From Kiritimatiellia bacterium (GTDB taxonomy: Bacteria > Verrucomicrobiota > Kiritimatiellia > RFP12 > UBA1067), in assembly GCA_045536845.1 (NCBI GenBank), contig JAZSOG010000025.1:159993-223992 (forward strand): 64,000 nucleotides of DNA, written 5' to 3'. The stretch's first letter is position 1; every line of letters begins with the position of its first letter. The notes beneath the pieces are model-generated. The model ran no database searches. It was not told the DNA's origin and saw nothing but the letters and a program-made list of their open reading frames with translations. A program made the translations under genes and the position numbers. Shown here one piece after another: positions 1 to 9,316 of this stretch.

Positions 1-414
1 CAGGACTTCGCCTTCGGGGACGAGACGCTTGTCGCGTATCTCGCCGATGGGACGGAGTGGACGAGTCGTGCGCGCGGCGTCAAACCGCTCCTCGATGCGA
101 TAGACAACGAACTTGCGAAGTTCGCTGGGGCCAGGTGCTATGATCGCATCGTCGGGCGAGCGGCCGCCTTCCTTTACGTGAAGCTCGGCGTTGCCGAGGT
201 CTATGCGCCCTTGATTGCGAAGGGGGCGGTTGCGATTTTCAGGCGCTACGGCATCCGTGTGCGTTTCCGCGAGGAGATCGCCGGCATCAGGAATCGCAAG
301 AACGACGGTCCGTGCCCGATGGAGCACACTGTGGCGGGCATTGCCGACACGGAAGTCGACGCGGCGATTGCCGCGATCCGCGCAACGGCGCTCCGCCTTT
401 CGTCTGGCCGCTGA
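1..414 (+). CDS. conserved hypothetical protein, 5'-truncated at window edge (possibly DUF1893/TM1506-like)
   Basis: Frame-1 reading frame open from nt 1 to TGA 412-414; motif NRKNDGPCPMEHTVAGIADTEVDAAIAAI; first gene of a tightly packed +strand operon. Confidence 0.4.
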   Translation, partial: QDFAFGDETLVAYLADGTEWTSRARGVKPLLDAIDNELAKFAGARCYDRIVGRAAAFLYVKLGVAEVYAPLIAKGAVAIFRRYGIRVRFREEIAGIRNRKNDGPCPMEHTVAGIADTEVDAAIAAIRATALRLSSGR

Positions 415-483
415 TCCAGGCGGGGCTTCTCCCGTGTTCTCGTCGGTAATTGCTGACAGACGAAGTTATGGTAGAATATACGC

Positions 484-1158
484 ATGAGAATCAAGATTGT
501 CAAAGGCGATATAACGACGCTCGCGGTTGATGCCATTGTCAACGCGGCGAATCAGGTAATGCTCGGAAATGCGCCGAAGAAACTTGTTTCGGAGGGTAAC
601 TTCGAGCGTAGCGAGAACCCGAGCAACGCGAGGGCGCTCAAGCGGTCGCGTGGTGGTGTTGACGGTGCAATCCATCGCGCGGCTGGCCACGAACTTTACG
701 AAGCGTGTCTTAAAGTGCCCGAGGTTAGGCCGGGCGTTCGCTGTCCGACTGGTGAGGCACGAATTACACCAGGCTTTAAGTTGCCTGCGAAGTTCGTGAT
801 CCACACCGTCGGCCCGGTCTATCGCGAAATAACCGCCCCTTGCGGGGGTTCGCGACCCATGGGGAAGCGAACACGCCGAGCGGAGCGAGTGCCGAGGCAG
901 CACGGGGAGCCGGAAAAGTTGGCGGCTTGCTACCGCAACTCGCTCGCCCTCGCCGCGGAGAACGGCTGCAAATCAATTGCCTTCCCTTGCATCTCGACAG
1001 GTGTGTATGGCTATCCGAAAGAAGAGGCGGCGAAGATTGCAGTGCGGGATGTGAGGGAGTTTCTAGCCGCAAAGAACGCAAAGGACGCAGAGGAGATGGA
1101 TGTGATCTTCTGCTGCTTCTCGGAGCGAGATGTGAAGGTGTATCAGGCAATCGTATGA
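484..1158 (+). CDS. Macro-domain protein (YmdB/MacroD-like ADP-ribose/O-acetyl-ADP-ribose hydrolase) carrying a ~25-aa basic insertion
   Basis: KIVKGDITTLAVDAIVNAAN, GGVDGAIHRAAG, HTVGPVY, IAFPCISTGVYGYP macro signatures; insertion REITAPCGGSRPMGKRTRRAERVPRQHGEPEK between conserved blocks. Confidence 0.85.
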   Translation: MRIKIVKGDITTLAVDAIVNAANQVMLGNAPKKLVSEGNFERSENPSNARALKRSRGGVDGAIHRAAGHELYEACLKVPEVRPGVRCPTGEARITPGFKLPAKFVIHTVGPVYREITAPCGGSRPMGKRTRRAERVPRQHGEPEKLAACYRNSLALAAENGCKSIAFPCISTGVYGYPKEEAAKIAVRDVREFLAAKNAKDAEEMDVIFCCFSERDVKVYQAIV

Positions 1159-1673
1159 CGCAATTCCTCTCCAATCGCGATATTTATGAGTCTGTCATCT
1201 GTGGTGTTGTGCCGCAGGTGAAGGAGCGGCTGTGGATTGCGACTGCGGATATCAAGGATATGTATGTCGATTCAGGTGGAAGAGATATGGTGCCGTTCTT
1301 GGAAGTGCTGGATGGAATGGTGAAGCGTGGCGTCGAGGTGCGGCTTATCCATGCGAAAGACCCTGGCCCGAACTGGCGAGATGACTTTGACCGCTATCCG
1401 ACGCTTTGGACGGCGATGGAGAGGATGCTTTGTCCGCGTGTCCATTTCAAGTGTATAATCGTTGATGGCGTGAAGGCATGCTTTGGCAGCGCCAATCTTA
1501 CCGGCGCTGGCATGGGCGCGAAGTCGGAGAAAAAGCGCAATTTCGAGAACGGCGTTCTCACCGACGACCCCGCACTTGTCGAACCGCTCGTCGAGCAGTT
1601 CGACTCCGTCTGGCGTGGTGCCTTCTGCCGCGATTGCGGCCGCCGCGACCACTGCGGCGATCCTGTGGTGTGA
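1155..1673 (+). CDS. small single-HKD phospholipase-D/Nuc-like protein with C-terminal Cys cluster
   Basis: ATG overlaps macro-gene stop (ATGA); HKD motif HFKCIIVDGVKACFGSANLTGAG; C-terminal CRDCGRRDHCG. Confidence 0.7.
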   Translation: MTQFLSNRDIYESVICGVVPQVKERLWIATADIKDMYVDSGGRDMVPFLEVLDGMVKRGVEVRLIHAKDPGPNWRDDFDRYPTLWTAMERMLCPRVHFKCIIVDGVKACFGSANLTGAGMGAKSEKKRNFENGVLTDDPALVEPLVEQFDSVWRGAFCRDCGRRDHCGDPVV

Positions 1674-1772
1674 TGACAAGCGCGCAATTGAATTTCAGAT
1701 GGGCACTCTCGTCGAGATCGGGCAGGGCGGCCGGGAATATGGTAAAATACTTTCAAAAGACTCGGTGGCGAC

Positions 1773-2288
1773 ATGAGAATACTTTTTCTTAGCGATATAC
1801 ATGGTGTGCCGGCGGCGCTTGATGCGGCGCTGGCGGCTGGTGCTTCGCTTGGCTATGACAAGATCGCGCTTTTGGGCGATTTGCTGTACCATGGGCCGAG
1901 GAACGGCGTTCCTAACTTCTACGACCCCGTGAAGGTCGCGGAGATGCTCGACGCGCACAAGGACGAGATCATCGCGGTGCGCGGCAATTGCGACGCGGAA
2001 GTCGACCAGATGATGGTCAAGTTCCCGATCACCGCCGACTACCAAGTGCTTGACGCGGGGAACAAGAAGTTCTTCCTCACGCACGGCCACTTGTGGAACG
2101 AATGGAAGCTTCCCCCAATCGGAATCGCCGACGTTCTCGTTCATGGCCACACTCACGTTCCCGAACTCAAGACGCTCGAGTGCGGAATGACGATCTTCAA
2201 TCCCGGGTCGGTGTCGCTCCCGAAGGGCGGCTCGTCGCGTTCGTTCGGCTACTATGACGGGGAGAACCTCAAGCACTATGTCATTTGA
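1773..2288 (+). CDS. YfcE/MJ0936-family metallophosphoesterase (phosphodiesterase)
   Basis: MRILFLSDIHG...GDLLYHGP...GNCD...THGH...HGHTH metallophosphoesterase motifs, 171 aa. Confidence 0.85.
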   Translation: MRILFLSDIHGVPAALDAALAAGASLGYDKIALLGDLLYHGPRNGVPNFYDPVKVAEMLDAHKDEIIAVRGNCDAEVDQMMVKFPITADYQVLDAGNKKFFLTHGHLWNEWKLPPIGIADVLVHGHTHVPELKTLECGMTIFNPGSVSLPKGGSSRSFGYYDGENLKHYVI

Positions 2289-2877
2289 TGCAGTGATACT
2301 TGCAAACGGCGACTTCCCGAAGAAGGATGGCGCCGCATGGAAAATTCTCGCGGGCGCAAAGCGCGTAGTCGCGTGTGACGGCGCGTCAGACGCCTACTGC
2401 CGGCGCTTCGGCAAGTCGCCTTTCGCAGTCGTTGGCGACATGGATTCCATCGGCCATCACCCTGAGGGTTCTGAAATCGTGACAGTTCCCGACCAGTCGA
2501 CGAACGACCTCTCGAAGGCGGTCGGCTGGTGCCGCGCTAAGGGCTTCAAGAAGCTTGTCGTTGTCGGCGCGATGGGAAAGCGCGAAGACCATCTTCTCGG
2601 CAACGTCTTCCGTGCGCTCGACCTCGGCGTCGAGATCGTGACTGAGTTCGGGCGCTTCGTCCCTGTTGCCGGCAAGGCGTCGTTCCGCGTCTCGAAGGGA
2701 GCGCCAGTGAGCGTGTTCGCAGTAGATCCTGCAACGCGCATGACTTCCACGGGTCTTGAATGGCCGCTTGCCGACGTGAAGTTCAAGAACCTCTATTGCG
2801 CGACTCTTAACCGCGCAAGCGCCGCGCGCGTCACGCTCACCACGACGAAACCTGTCCTCGTCTACATTGGCTCATGA
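2278..2877 (+). CDS. thiamine pyrophosphokinase
   Basis: ILANGDF...VVACDGASDAYC...AVVGDMDSIG (GDxDS motif) typical of TPK; start MSFDAV overlaps upstream stop. Confidence 0.75.
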   Translation: MSFDAVILANGDFPKKDGAAWKILAGAKRVVACDGASDAYCRRFGKSPFAVVGDMDSIGHHPEGSEIVTVPDQSTNDLSKAVGWCRAKGFKKLVVVGAMGKREDHLLGNVFRALDLGVEIVTEFGRFVPVAGKASFRVSKGAPVSVFAVDPATRMTSTGLEWPLADVKFKNLYCATLNRASAARVTLTTTKPVLVYIGS

Positions 2878-3398
2878 AAATCGTACTTGCAAGTGGCAGC
2901 CCACGGCGGGCGAAAATACTAAAGGACCTCGGCGTTGACTTCGAGGTCGTCAAGACAGACGCGCCTGAAGTCTCCTATCCCGCAGACCCCGAGCGGACGG
3001 TCAGAGAGAACGCGCTTGCAAAGGGCGCGGCGCTTCTTGGACGCAAGGGCGTCTTGAGCGCCGACACAATCGTGTGGTTCTCTGATCGCATCTACGGCAA
3101 GCCGCGCGATCTCGAAGAGGCGAAGGAGTTTCTGCGCGAGCTCGCAGGCAAAGTTCACACAGTCTTTACAGGAGTTGCGTTCGATGGCGAAGTGAAGGTC
3201 GTCCGCAGCGACGTAAAGTTCCGCGAACTTTCCGAGGCGACGATAGAGGAGTATGTCGCGCGCGTGAGGCCGACCGACCGCGCGGGCGCGTACGACATAG
3301 ACGAGTCTGGCGACTTGATCGTCGAGTCGTACTCTGGCAGCTATGAGAACATAATGGGGCTCCCCGTCGAGCCGCTCAAGGAATGGGGGATCGCATGA
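2874..3398 (+). CDS. maf: Maf-like nucleoside triphosphate pyrophosphatase
   Basis: MKIVLASGSPRRAKIL...VFTGVAF...ESGDLIVESYSGSYENIMGLP Maf signature. Confidence 0.9.
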   Translation: MKIVLASGSPRRAKILKDLGVDFEVVKTDAPEVSYPADPERTVRENALAKGAALLGRKGVLSADTIVWFSDRIYGKPRDLEEAKEFLRELAGKVHTVFTGVAFDGEVKVVRSDVKFRELSEATIEEYVARVRPTDRAGAYDIDESGDLIVESYSGSYENIMGLPVEPLKEWGIA

Positions 3399-4051
3399 AG
3401 GCAGTGGTAGTTCTTTCTGGCGGGCAAGATTCCGCGACGGCGCTCGCGATGGCCGTGAAGAAGCACGGCGCTGAGAATGTTGCGGCGATTACCTACGCCT
3501 ACGGCCAGCGCCATGCACTCGAGACGAAGTTCGCGCGCCGTCTCGCCAAGGGAATATTCAAGATCGCTTTGTGGAAGCGCGTGCCGCTTTCGTTCTATTC
3601 CTCGATCACCGACAACGCGCTTCTCTCGAAGGGCGTCGCAATCGAGAAGAAGAAGGGCGCGAAGTGCCCCAACACCGTCGTGGAAGGACGGAACGCCGTC
3701 TTCCTCACTCTTGCGTCCGTTTGGGCGAAGTCGCTTGGCGCAAATGAGGTGTGGACTGGCGTTTCGGAGGCGGACTTCTCGGGCTATCCCGACTGCCGCG
3801 CGGCGTTTATTCGCGCACACGAGAAGGCGACGCGCCTTGCGCTCGACTGGCCGGTCAAGTTCGTGACGCCGTTCATCCACAAGACGAAGGCGGAGGAGTG
3901 GGCCCTTGCGGCGAAGCTCGGTATCCTCGAAGTTATCGAGAACAGCACCCTCACCTGCTACAACGGCATCCCGGGACGCGGCTGCGGCAAATGTCCCGCC
4001 TGCCGTCTCCGCGCACGCGGCTACGAAGAATTCTCCCGCAGTCGGCCGTGA
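3395..4051 (+). CDS. queC: 7-cyano-7-deazaguanine synthase QueC
   Basis: MKAVVVLSGGQDSAT PP-loop, C-terminal Zn motif CYNGIPGRGCGKCPAC; start overlaps maf stop. Confidence 0.9.
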   Translation: MKAVVVLSGGQDSATALAMAVKKHGAENVAAITYAYGQRHALETKFARRLAKGIFKIALWKRVPLSFYSSITDNALLSKGVAIEKKKGAKCPNTVVEGRNAVFLTLASVWAKSLGANEVWTGVSEADFSGYPDCRAAFIRAHEKATRLALDWPVKFVTPFIHKTKAEEWALAAKLGILEVIENSTLTCYNGIPGRGCGKCPACRLRARGYEEFSRSRP

Positions 4052-4062
4052 TCTAGCGATCG

Positions 4063-4911
4063 TCAAGGTTCGTCGCCGCGATGCGCCCACATGGTCAGGT
4101 GTCTGCGGTACTTTGCGGGCGTTGCTCCGACGATGCGCTTGAAGGTGCGGATGAAGTGCGAGTGGTCGAAGAAACCGACGTCTGACGCGATGTCGCTTAT
4201 GCGGCGGTCGGTTGTGCCGAGAAGGGTTTTCGCGGCGTTGATGCGGACATTCACTATGTAGCTTGCTGGCGACATCTGCGTCAGCGAATGGAAGAGCCGC
4301 CTGAACTGCGCCGGTGAGTAATGCGCGATTTTTGCAAGCTCGTCGACAGTGATATCTTCGGCATAGTGTTCGTTTAGGTAGATGACTGACTTTCGAATCG
4401 GGTCATACCAGTTTGTCGTCTGCAACTTCTGTTGCGCGCGCCAGTACACGGTTGCAGTGCCGATGCGCTTCCCTTCGATGGAGACGACTGGACGCACCGT
4501 CACGCAGTTAAGGTTGGTGGAACGGTCTGCGACGAAACCATACACGCGCTCGATTATGGGAACGCCCGTCTCCATCACCTCGCGGTCGCGGTTCGCATAG
4601 ACGGCCGCCTGGTCCGGCGGATACAGCTCCTCGGACGTGTAGCCAATCATATCGGCTGACGAGCGCCAGCAAGATATGTCTGCGTTGTAGCGGTTGGTGT
4701 GGATAATTCGTCCTTCGGCGTCCTTCACCACCAGAGCGATGCTCGGCGTGTTTTCGAGAAGGTCACAGAGAAGCTGCATGGCCGGCCCCGCCTTTCTGAA
4801 GAAAGCGTCGCGCATCCTTTTGATGCGGGCGGGCGGGATTGTCTTCTTCGAGAACCTCGTGCGGAATTTCTTCATGAGCGAATTATACACTTTTTTGTTT
4901 GCAATGTGCAA
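4063..4911 (-). CDS. AraC-family transcriptional regulator with N-terminal PAS-like sensor domain
   Basis: C-terminal HTH_AraC (YIVNVRINAAKTLL...ISDIASDVGFFDHSHFIRTFKRIVGATPAKYR); divergent from Gfo/Idh/MocA gene; alternative start MKKFRTRF at 4875. Confidence 0.85.
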   Translation of the reverse strand: MHIANKKVYNSLMKKFRTRFSKKTIPPARIKRMRDAFFRKAGPAMQLLCDLLENTPSIALVVKDAEGRIIHTNRYNADISCWRSSADMIGYTSEELYPPDQAAVYANRDREVMETGVPIIERVYGFVADRSTNLNCVTVRPVVSIEGKRIGTATVYWRAQQKLQTTNWYDPIRKSVIYLNEHYAEDITVDELAKIAHYSPAQFRRLFHSLTQMSPASYIVNVRINAAKTLLGTTDRRISDIASDVGFFDHSHFIRTFKRIVGATPAKYRRHLTMWAHRGDEP

Positions 4912-5065
4912 GAAAGGCTTTCCAGATTATGCGATAATATAGGCATCATGAAAACAGCAAGCAAGGGACTTGAAATCTCATGACACTCTGCACGCTTTTC
5001 GCCGGCGCACACCTCGCCTATGCGCTTGGAGAAGCTTTCATAAAGTAGCAACAAGGATCCTAGAA

Positions 5066-6541
5066 ATGAACATGACAAGAAGAACTGCATTGAAGGGGCT
5101 GGCGGTGGCATCGTCGCTGTCGCTCTTTAACATAGGCTGCGCGAATTTCGGCATGAGCCGGGCGCGGCAGATCGCGAAGGGGTCGAAGATTCGCGTTGCG
5201 CTGATCGGGTGCGGGCTCCAGACGGCGAACATGATCGACGGCGTTCTCTGCGAGGACCTTGTCGCGATTGTCGATCCGGACCCGGCGCGGTTGGCGTGGC
5301 TGGACAGGCATGTCGCCGACACGTGCGGCGCGGCGGAAAGGGAGAACTACGCCAAGGCGCGGCGCTTTGCGACTTACCAGGACATGTTCGAAAAGATGGG
5401 CGGCGAGATAGACGCCATCGTCGTTGAGACGCCGAACCACCAGCATGTCCTTCCCGCCGTAATGGCGATGCGGCGCGGAATCCACGTCTATCTCGACAAG
5501 CCGCTTTGCCTCACGGCGGCGGAATGCGATCTCATTCTCGCGGAGGCGCGGAAGAACCCCGGGCTCGTCACGCAGTGCGGAACTTACGGGCACTCCTTCC
5601 CGTCGATGAAATATTGTGTCGACCGCATCGCGGAAGGGGCGCTTGGCGAAGTGCGCGAGGTGTGGGCGTACGACGACCGCTGCAACTCCATATACCAGCG
5701 CCCCGCGGCAGTTCCGCCGCCGAAGGGCATGGACTGGGACCTTTGGTGCGGCGGCTCGCCCGTATGCGACTTCTATCCCGAGAGCCCCGACCAGGATGGA
5801 ATGCATCCGCACGGTTGGCATTCGTGGATCGGCTACGGCAACGGTTCCATCGGCAACCTCGGCATGCACATCATGGATGTCGCGTTCTGGGCTCTCGGGC
5901 TGAAGGATCCTGACACCGTGAAATGCCACGAGGCGAAGTTTGCGCTTGACGGCGCATGGGCCTATCGCGACGCCTTCGAGTTCCACTACCCGACGTCGAA
6001 GTTCGGCTACGATGTCACGATGCACTGGTGGGACGGGCTCAACGACGGCGTTCCGTACGACATGGCGCACGTCAACAAGTACGGCGTTCCCCACAAGCGC
6101 GAATGGCTGAACATACCGCCGAAGGTGCTTGAGGTCGAGAAGGCCAACGGCTTTGAGAACGATCCTTTCTACAAGAACGGAATACTCTTTATCGGCACCA
6201 AGGGCAACCTCTGGTTCACGCACCACGGCGGCTACCGCTTCATGCCGCGCAAGAACGGCTGGTGCATGCCGCGCGTCGACAGACCGGACGACTTCAACTA
6301 CCGCATTGTCACGCCGAAGCACTTCCACGAGTTCTACGAGGCAATTCGCGCGGGAGAGCAGACGATAGACAACTTCGAGTACTCGGTTCCGCTTGCAAAG
6401 ACGGTCTGCCTCGGCAACATCTCCGCGCTTGCGGGGAAGGGAAGCGTCCTCAAGTGGGATGGACATCATGTCACGAACAACAAGGAGGCGGATAGCCATG
6501 TCACCCAGGACTATCGCAACGGGTGGAATCCTTTTGCTTGA
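5066..6541 (+). CDS. Gfo/Idh/MocA-family oxidoreductase with twin-arginine (Tat) signal
   Basis: MTRRTALKGLAVASSL Tat signal; Rossmann IRVALIGCGLQ; ETPNHQH motif; 491 aa. Confidence 0.85.
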   Translation: MNMTRRTALKGLAVASSLSLFNIGCANFGMSRARQIAKGSKIRVALIGCGLQTANMIDGVLCEDLVAIVDPDPARLAWLDRHVADTCGAAERENYAKARRFATYQDMFEKMGGEIDAIVVETPNHQHVLPAVMAMRRGIHVYLDKPLCLTAAECDLILAEARKNPGLVTQCGTYGHSFPSMKYCVDRIAEGALGEVREVWAYDDRCNSIYQRPAAVPPPKGMDWDLWCGGSPVCDFYPESPDQDGMHPHGWHSWIGYGNGSIGNLGMHIMDVAFWALGLKDPDTVKCHEAKFALDGAWAYRDAFEFHYPTSKFGYDVTMHWWDGLNDGVPYDMAHVNKYGVPHKREWLNIPPKVLEVEKANGFENDPFYKNGILFIGTKGNLWFTHHGGYRFMPRKNGWCMPRVDRPDDFNYRIVTPKHFHEFYEAIRAGEQTIDNFEYSVPLAKTVCLGNISALAGKGSVLKWDGHHVTNNKEADSHVTQDYRNGWNPFA

Positions 6542-6758
6542 GGTCGCGCTCGCGAAGGCCAAGGCGCTCGGCTACCGCGAGGGAATCAATCGCCTTTCGT
6601 TCGATGCGCCGCAGGACCGCTACGCCGGGCAGCTCAAGGAACTCGCGCGCATAATACGCGGCGAAATACCCAACCCGCCGGAGCTTTACCTCCACGACCT
6701 TAAGGTACACAAGGTGTCGCTCGACGCCTGCAACCTCAAGACCGAAGACATTAAGTGA
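6393..6758 (+). CDS. hypothetical small ORF (uncertain; may be remnant)
   Basis: TTG-initiated ORF overlapping 3' end of Gfo gene in another frame; plausible part starts MSPRTIATGG at ~6498; no recognisable domain. Confidence 0.2.
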   Translation: MQRRSASATSPRLRGREASSSGMDIMSRTTRRRIAMSPRTIATGGILLLEVALAKAKALGYREGINRLSFDAPQDRYAGQLKELARIIRGEIPNPPELYLHDLKVHKVSLDACNLKTEDIK

Positions 6759-7540
6759 TCGCGATCCTGGCAGCAGGCGTTCTCTCTCCGTTTTTCCTCG
6801 AAGTGACGCCCGAGGTGCGTTCGACCTACCAGTCCTTGGGCAAGATCGTCGAGGACCGTCCGATGCAGATCACGAACGTCCGCGCCGGATACGACGCGGG
6901 CGAATTCGGGCGTTTCGGTATACGCAACTGGGACGTAAGCTCTCTCACGGACCGACGGCACGACGCGCATCGCCACGCTCTCTACCACACTGAGTTCGGC
7001 CTGACATGGCAATACGGCTTCGACATCGCCGATGGCTGGCGGCTAAAGAGCGATATCACGCGCTCATGGACGATCTACCGAGGCTTTAAAAGCGGCTATG
7101 CGTCGTCGAACAGGACCTATTCGTGGTGGCAGATCGATCAGGAACTGTCAAATCCGTATATCGTGCCGTTTTACCGCTTGCGCAAGTGCTTTCACGGAAA
7201 CGACTATCTGTACTTCAGGGCAGGCGCGAAAAAGAAATTCACTTTCCTCGATGACTTCTATTTGACGCCGAGCGTGTATGTAGATGGCGGAAGTAGCCGC
7301 AACTACCGCCGTGCGATTGGCACGCGTCCCGACGGCAAACGGTGGCATGACGGTGTGTCGTCCATAACATTTCGGCTGGAGCTGGGGTGGACGGTTTCCG
7401 AGAATGTGTCCGCGTTCGTGTTCGCTGAGCAGTACGAGGTAGTGGGGCAGGCCGCACGCCATGCGATTGAGTCGAGCTCATACCGTTGCGCGCATAAAGA
7501 CTGGACACATGGCGGCATTGGCCTTCGTCTTCGCTTTTAA
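6755..7540 (+). pseudogene. possible outer-membrane beta-barrel gene remnant (no signal peptide)
   Basis: Alternating beta-strand pattern, aromatic-rich, C-terminal ...GIGLRLRF (terminal Phe typical of OMPs) but GTG start and no signal peptide; in-frame with upstream fragments separated by stops. Confidence 0.3.
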
Positions 7541-7636
7541 TCTAGAACGCAGCATCGAAAAATTTTTTCGGAAAAACTGCGGAAGGTGCACCTTTACCTT
7601 GCGGCGGAAAAGAACCGCCAGAAGGGAAGGTGCGAT

Positions 7637-9295
7637 ATGAACGACGACAAATATACTGAAAAAGGATTCTTCCGCAGGCTTTTTGAAATGTTTCAAGGCC
7701 TTAGGATGCCTCGAGATACGCGCGAATACAAACTTGCGCGAATTGAACTCCAGCGCCTCTCGGCGCCTCTCACGGCGATTGTCGTGCCGACTTTGTTTGG
7801 CATAGTTCTCTGTGTCGTGACGGCTATTTCGTCGCAGAGGACAGAATTGCCGCCCGTGGACATTGCAGATCCAATTGTGGATGAGCCGCCAATCGAGGAT
7901 CCGCCTGTGCCGGAACCAGAAGAGATTCCCCTGCCGGATGAACCCATTGAGTTTACTGTCGACACTCCGGATCCTGCGCCTGTCACGCCGCTGCCGCCGT
8001 CGCCCATCCAGACGCGCTCGACGGATATCTCCGTTAAGCCTGCGCCGATGGACGCCGTGCAGAACATAAAATCACCCGTGACTTTTAAAAGCATAAACGG
8101 AGGCCGCACCCCAGGAACGATCGGCATAGCGACGAGCGGGCGCGACAGCGGCGGAGGCGATCCGCATACCGAGGCGGCGGTCATGAAGGTCCTCTGGTGG
8201 CTCAAGGCGCATCAGAACACCGACGGCAGCTGGGGGACTGCGAACAAGGTCGCGAACACCGGCTTTGCGATTCTTACATATCTCGCGCACGGCGAATATC
8301 CAGGAAGTCCGTCGCCGTACAAGCGCGACTTTGGGCCCACCGTGCAGATGGCGCTCGACTACCTGATCGGCTGCATCCACACTGGCGCGGACAACGTGCC
8401 GCACTTCACGGGGACTGACGGCAACGAATACAGCTTCCTCATCGCGACCTACGCGCTCTGCGAGGCGTATGGCATGACGAAGAACCCGAACTGCAAGGAG
8501 GCGGCAGAGCAGTGCCTCTACCGCATCGTCGAGAACCAGTCCTCTACCGGCGGCTGGGACTACAAGCTGAACAGGAACTCGACGCGAGACGACCTCTCCT
8601 TCGCGGGATGGGCGATTCAGGCGCTCAAGGCCGGCAAGATGGCGGGTCTTCACCATGAAGGCCTCCAGACCGCGATCAACAAGGCGGTCAACTGCCTCAG
8701 GCGGCGTGGATACTCGAAGTCCGGCGGCTTTACATATACGCCGACGGCAAACAACAACGGCGGCAACACCGGTCTCGCCGGAGTGGGTGCGCTCGCGATG
8801 CAGTTCCTCGGGCACGGCACCGACCCCGAGGCGCTGAACGCGCTTGACGTGATGCGCGACTGGATGCCCGCGTTCGAGGCGGGCAAGGTCGCCGCGAAGA
8901 GCCCCGGCGGGAGCCCTCAGTACTACTGCTACTACGCGACGCAGTGCAAGTACCAGGCGGGCATGAAGGCGGGCGCGACGAAGCAAGACGTCGATTCGTG
9001 GGTGAAGTGGAATCTCGCAATGAGAAAGCTCTACCCTGCGTCGATCATCGACCTCCCCGAAAAGGTCGCGGATGTCAACGGGAAGGGGCACGCCCAGGGG
9101 TACTACCAAAACAACGACGCGCACTCGACCCGTCCCTACATGGACACGTGCCTCGCGGCTCTCCAGCTGATGGTCTACTACCGCTATCTTCCGACGACGT
9201 CGACGAAGGCGGGCGCGGACGATGCTGGCGAAAACGCCGACGGCGTCAATGGCTTCGACAGCTCCAAGGACGTCCCGGTCGTCGTATCCTTGTGA
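7637..9295 (+). CDS. prenyltransferase/squalene-oxidase-repeat (terpenoid cyclase-like alpha/alpha toroid) membrane-anchored protein
   Basis: N-terminal TM helix (LTAIVVPTLFGIVLCVVTAI), Pro-rich linker (PPVDIADPIVDEPPIEDPPVPEPEEIPLPDEP), then repeats with QNTDGSWG / NQSSTGGWDY motifs. Confidence 0.7.
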   Translation: MNDDKYTEKGFFRRLFEMFQGLRMPRDTREYKLARIELQRLSAPLTAIVVPTLFGIVLCVVTAISSQRTELPPVDIADPIVDEPPIEDPPVPEPEEIPLPDEPIEFTVDTPDPAPVTPLPPSPIQTRSTDISVKPAPMDAVQNIKSPVTFKSINGGRTPGTIGIATSGRDSGGGDPHTEAAVMKVLWWLKAHQNTDGSWGTANKVANTGFAILTYLAHGEYPGSPSPYKRDFGPTVQMALDYLIGCIHTGADNVPHFTGTDGNEYSFLIATYALCEAYGMTKNPNCKEAAEQCLYRIVENQSSTGGWDYKLNRNSTRDDLSFAGWAIQALKAGKMAGLHHEGLQTAINKAVNCLRRRGYSKSGGFTYTPTANNNGGNTGLAGVGALAMQFLGHGTDPEALNALDVMRDWMPAFEAGKVAAKSPGGSPQYYCYYATQCKYQAGMKAGATKQDVDSWVKWNLAMRKLYPASIIDLPEKVADVNGKGHAQGYYQNNDAHSTRPYMDTCLAALQLMVYYRYLPTTSTKAGADDAGENADGVNGFDSSKDVPVVVSL

Positions 9296-9296
9296 G

Positions 9297-9309
9297 AAAA
9301 TGGTATAAT
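9297..9309 (+). promoter_or_regulatory. extended -10 promoter AAAATGGTATAAT, leaderless (ATG 9317)
   Basis: TGgTATAAT ending 7 nt before ATG. Confidence 0.5.
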
Positions 9310-9316
9310 TAGGGCG

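Noticed and set aside
840-1673. 277-aa + ORF spanning macro and PLD genes
   Set aside because: This is an upstream extension of the PLD-gene reading frame through the macro gene in another frame. The real start is the ATG at 1155, overlapping the macro stop.
5060-6562. 500-aa minus-strand ORF antisense to the Gfo/Idh/MocA gene
   Set aside because: Shadow ORF. The + strand has clear Tat signal and Rossmann motif.
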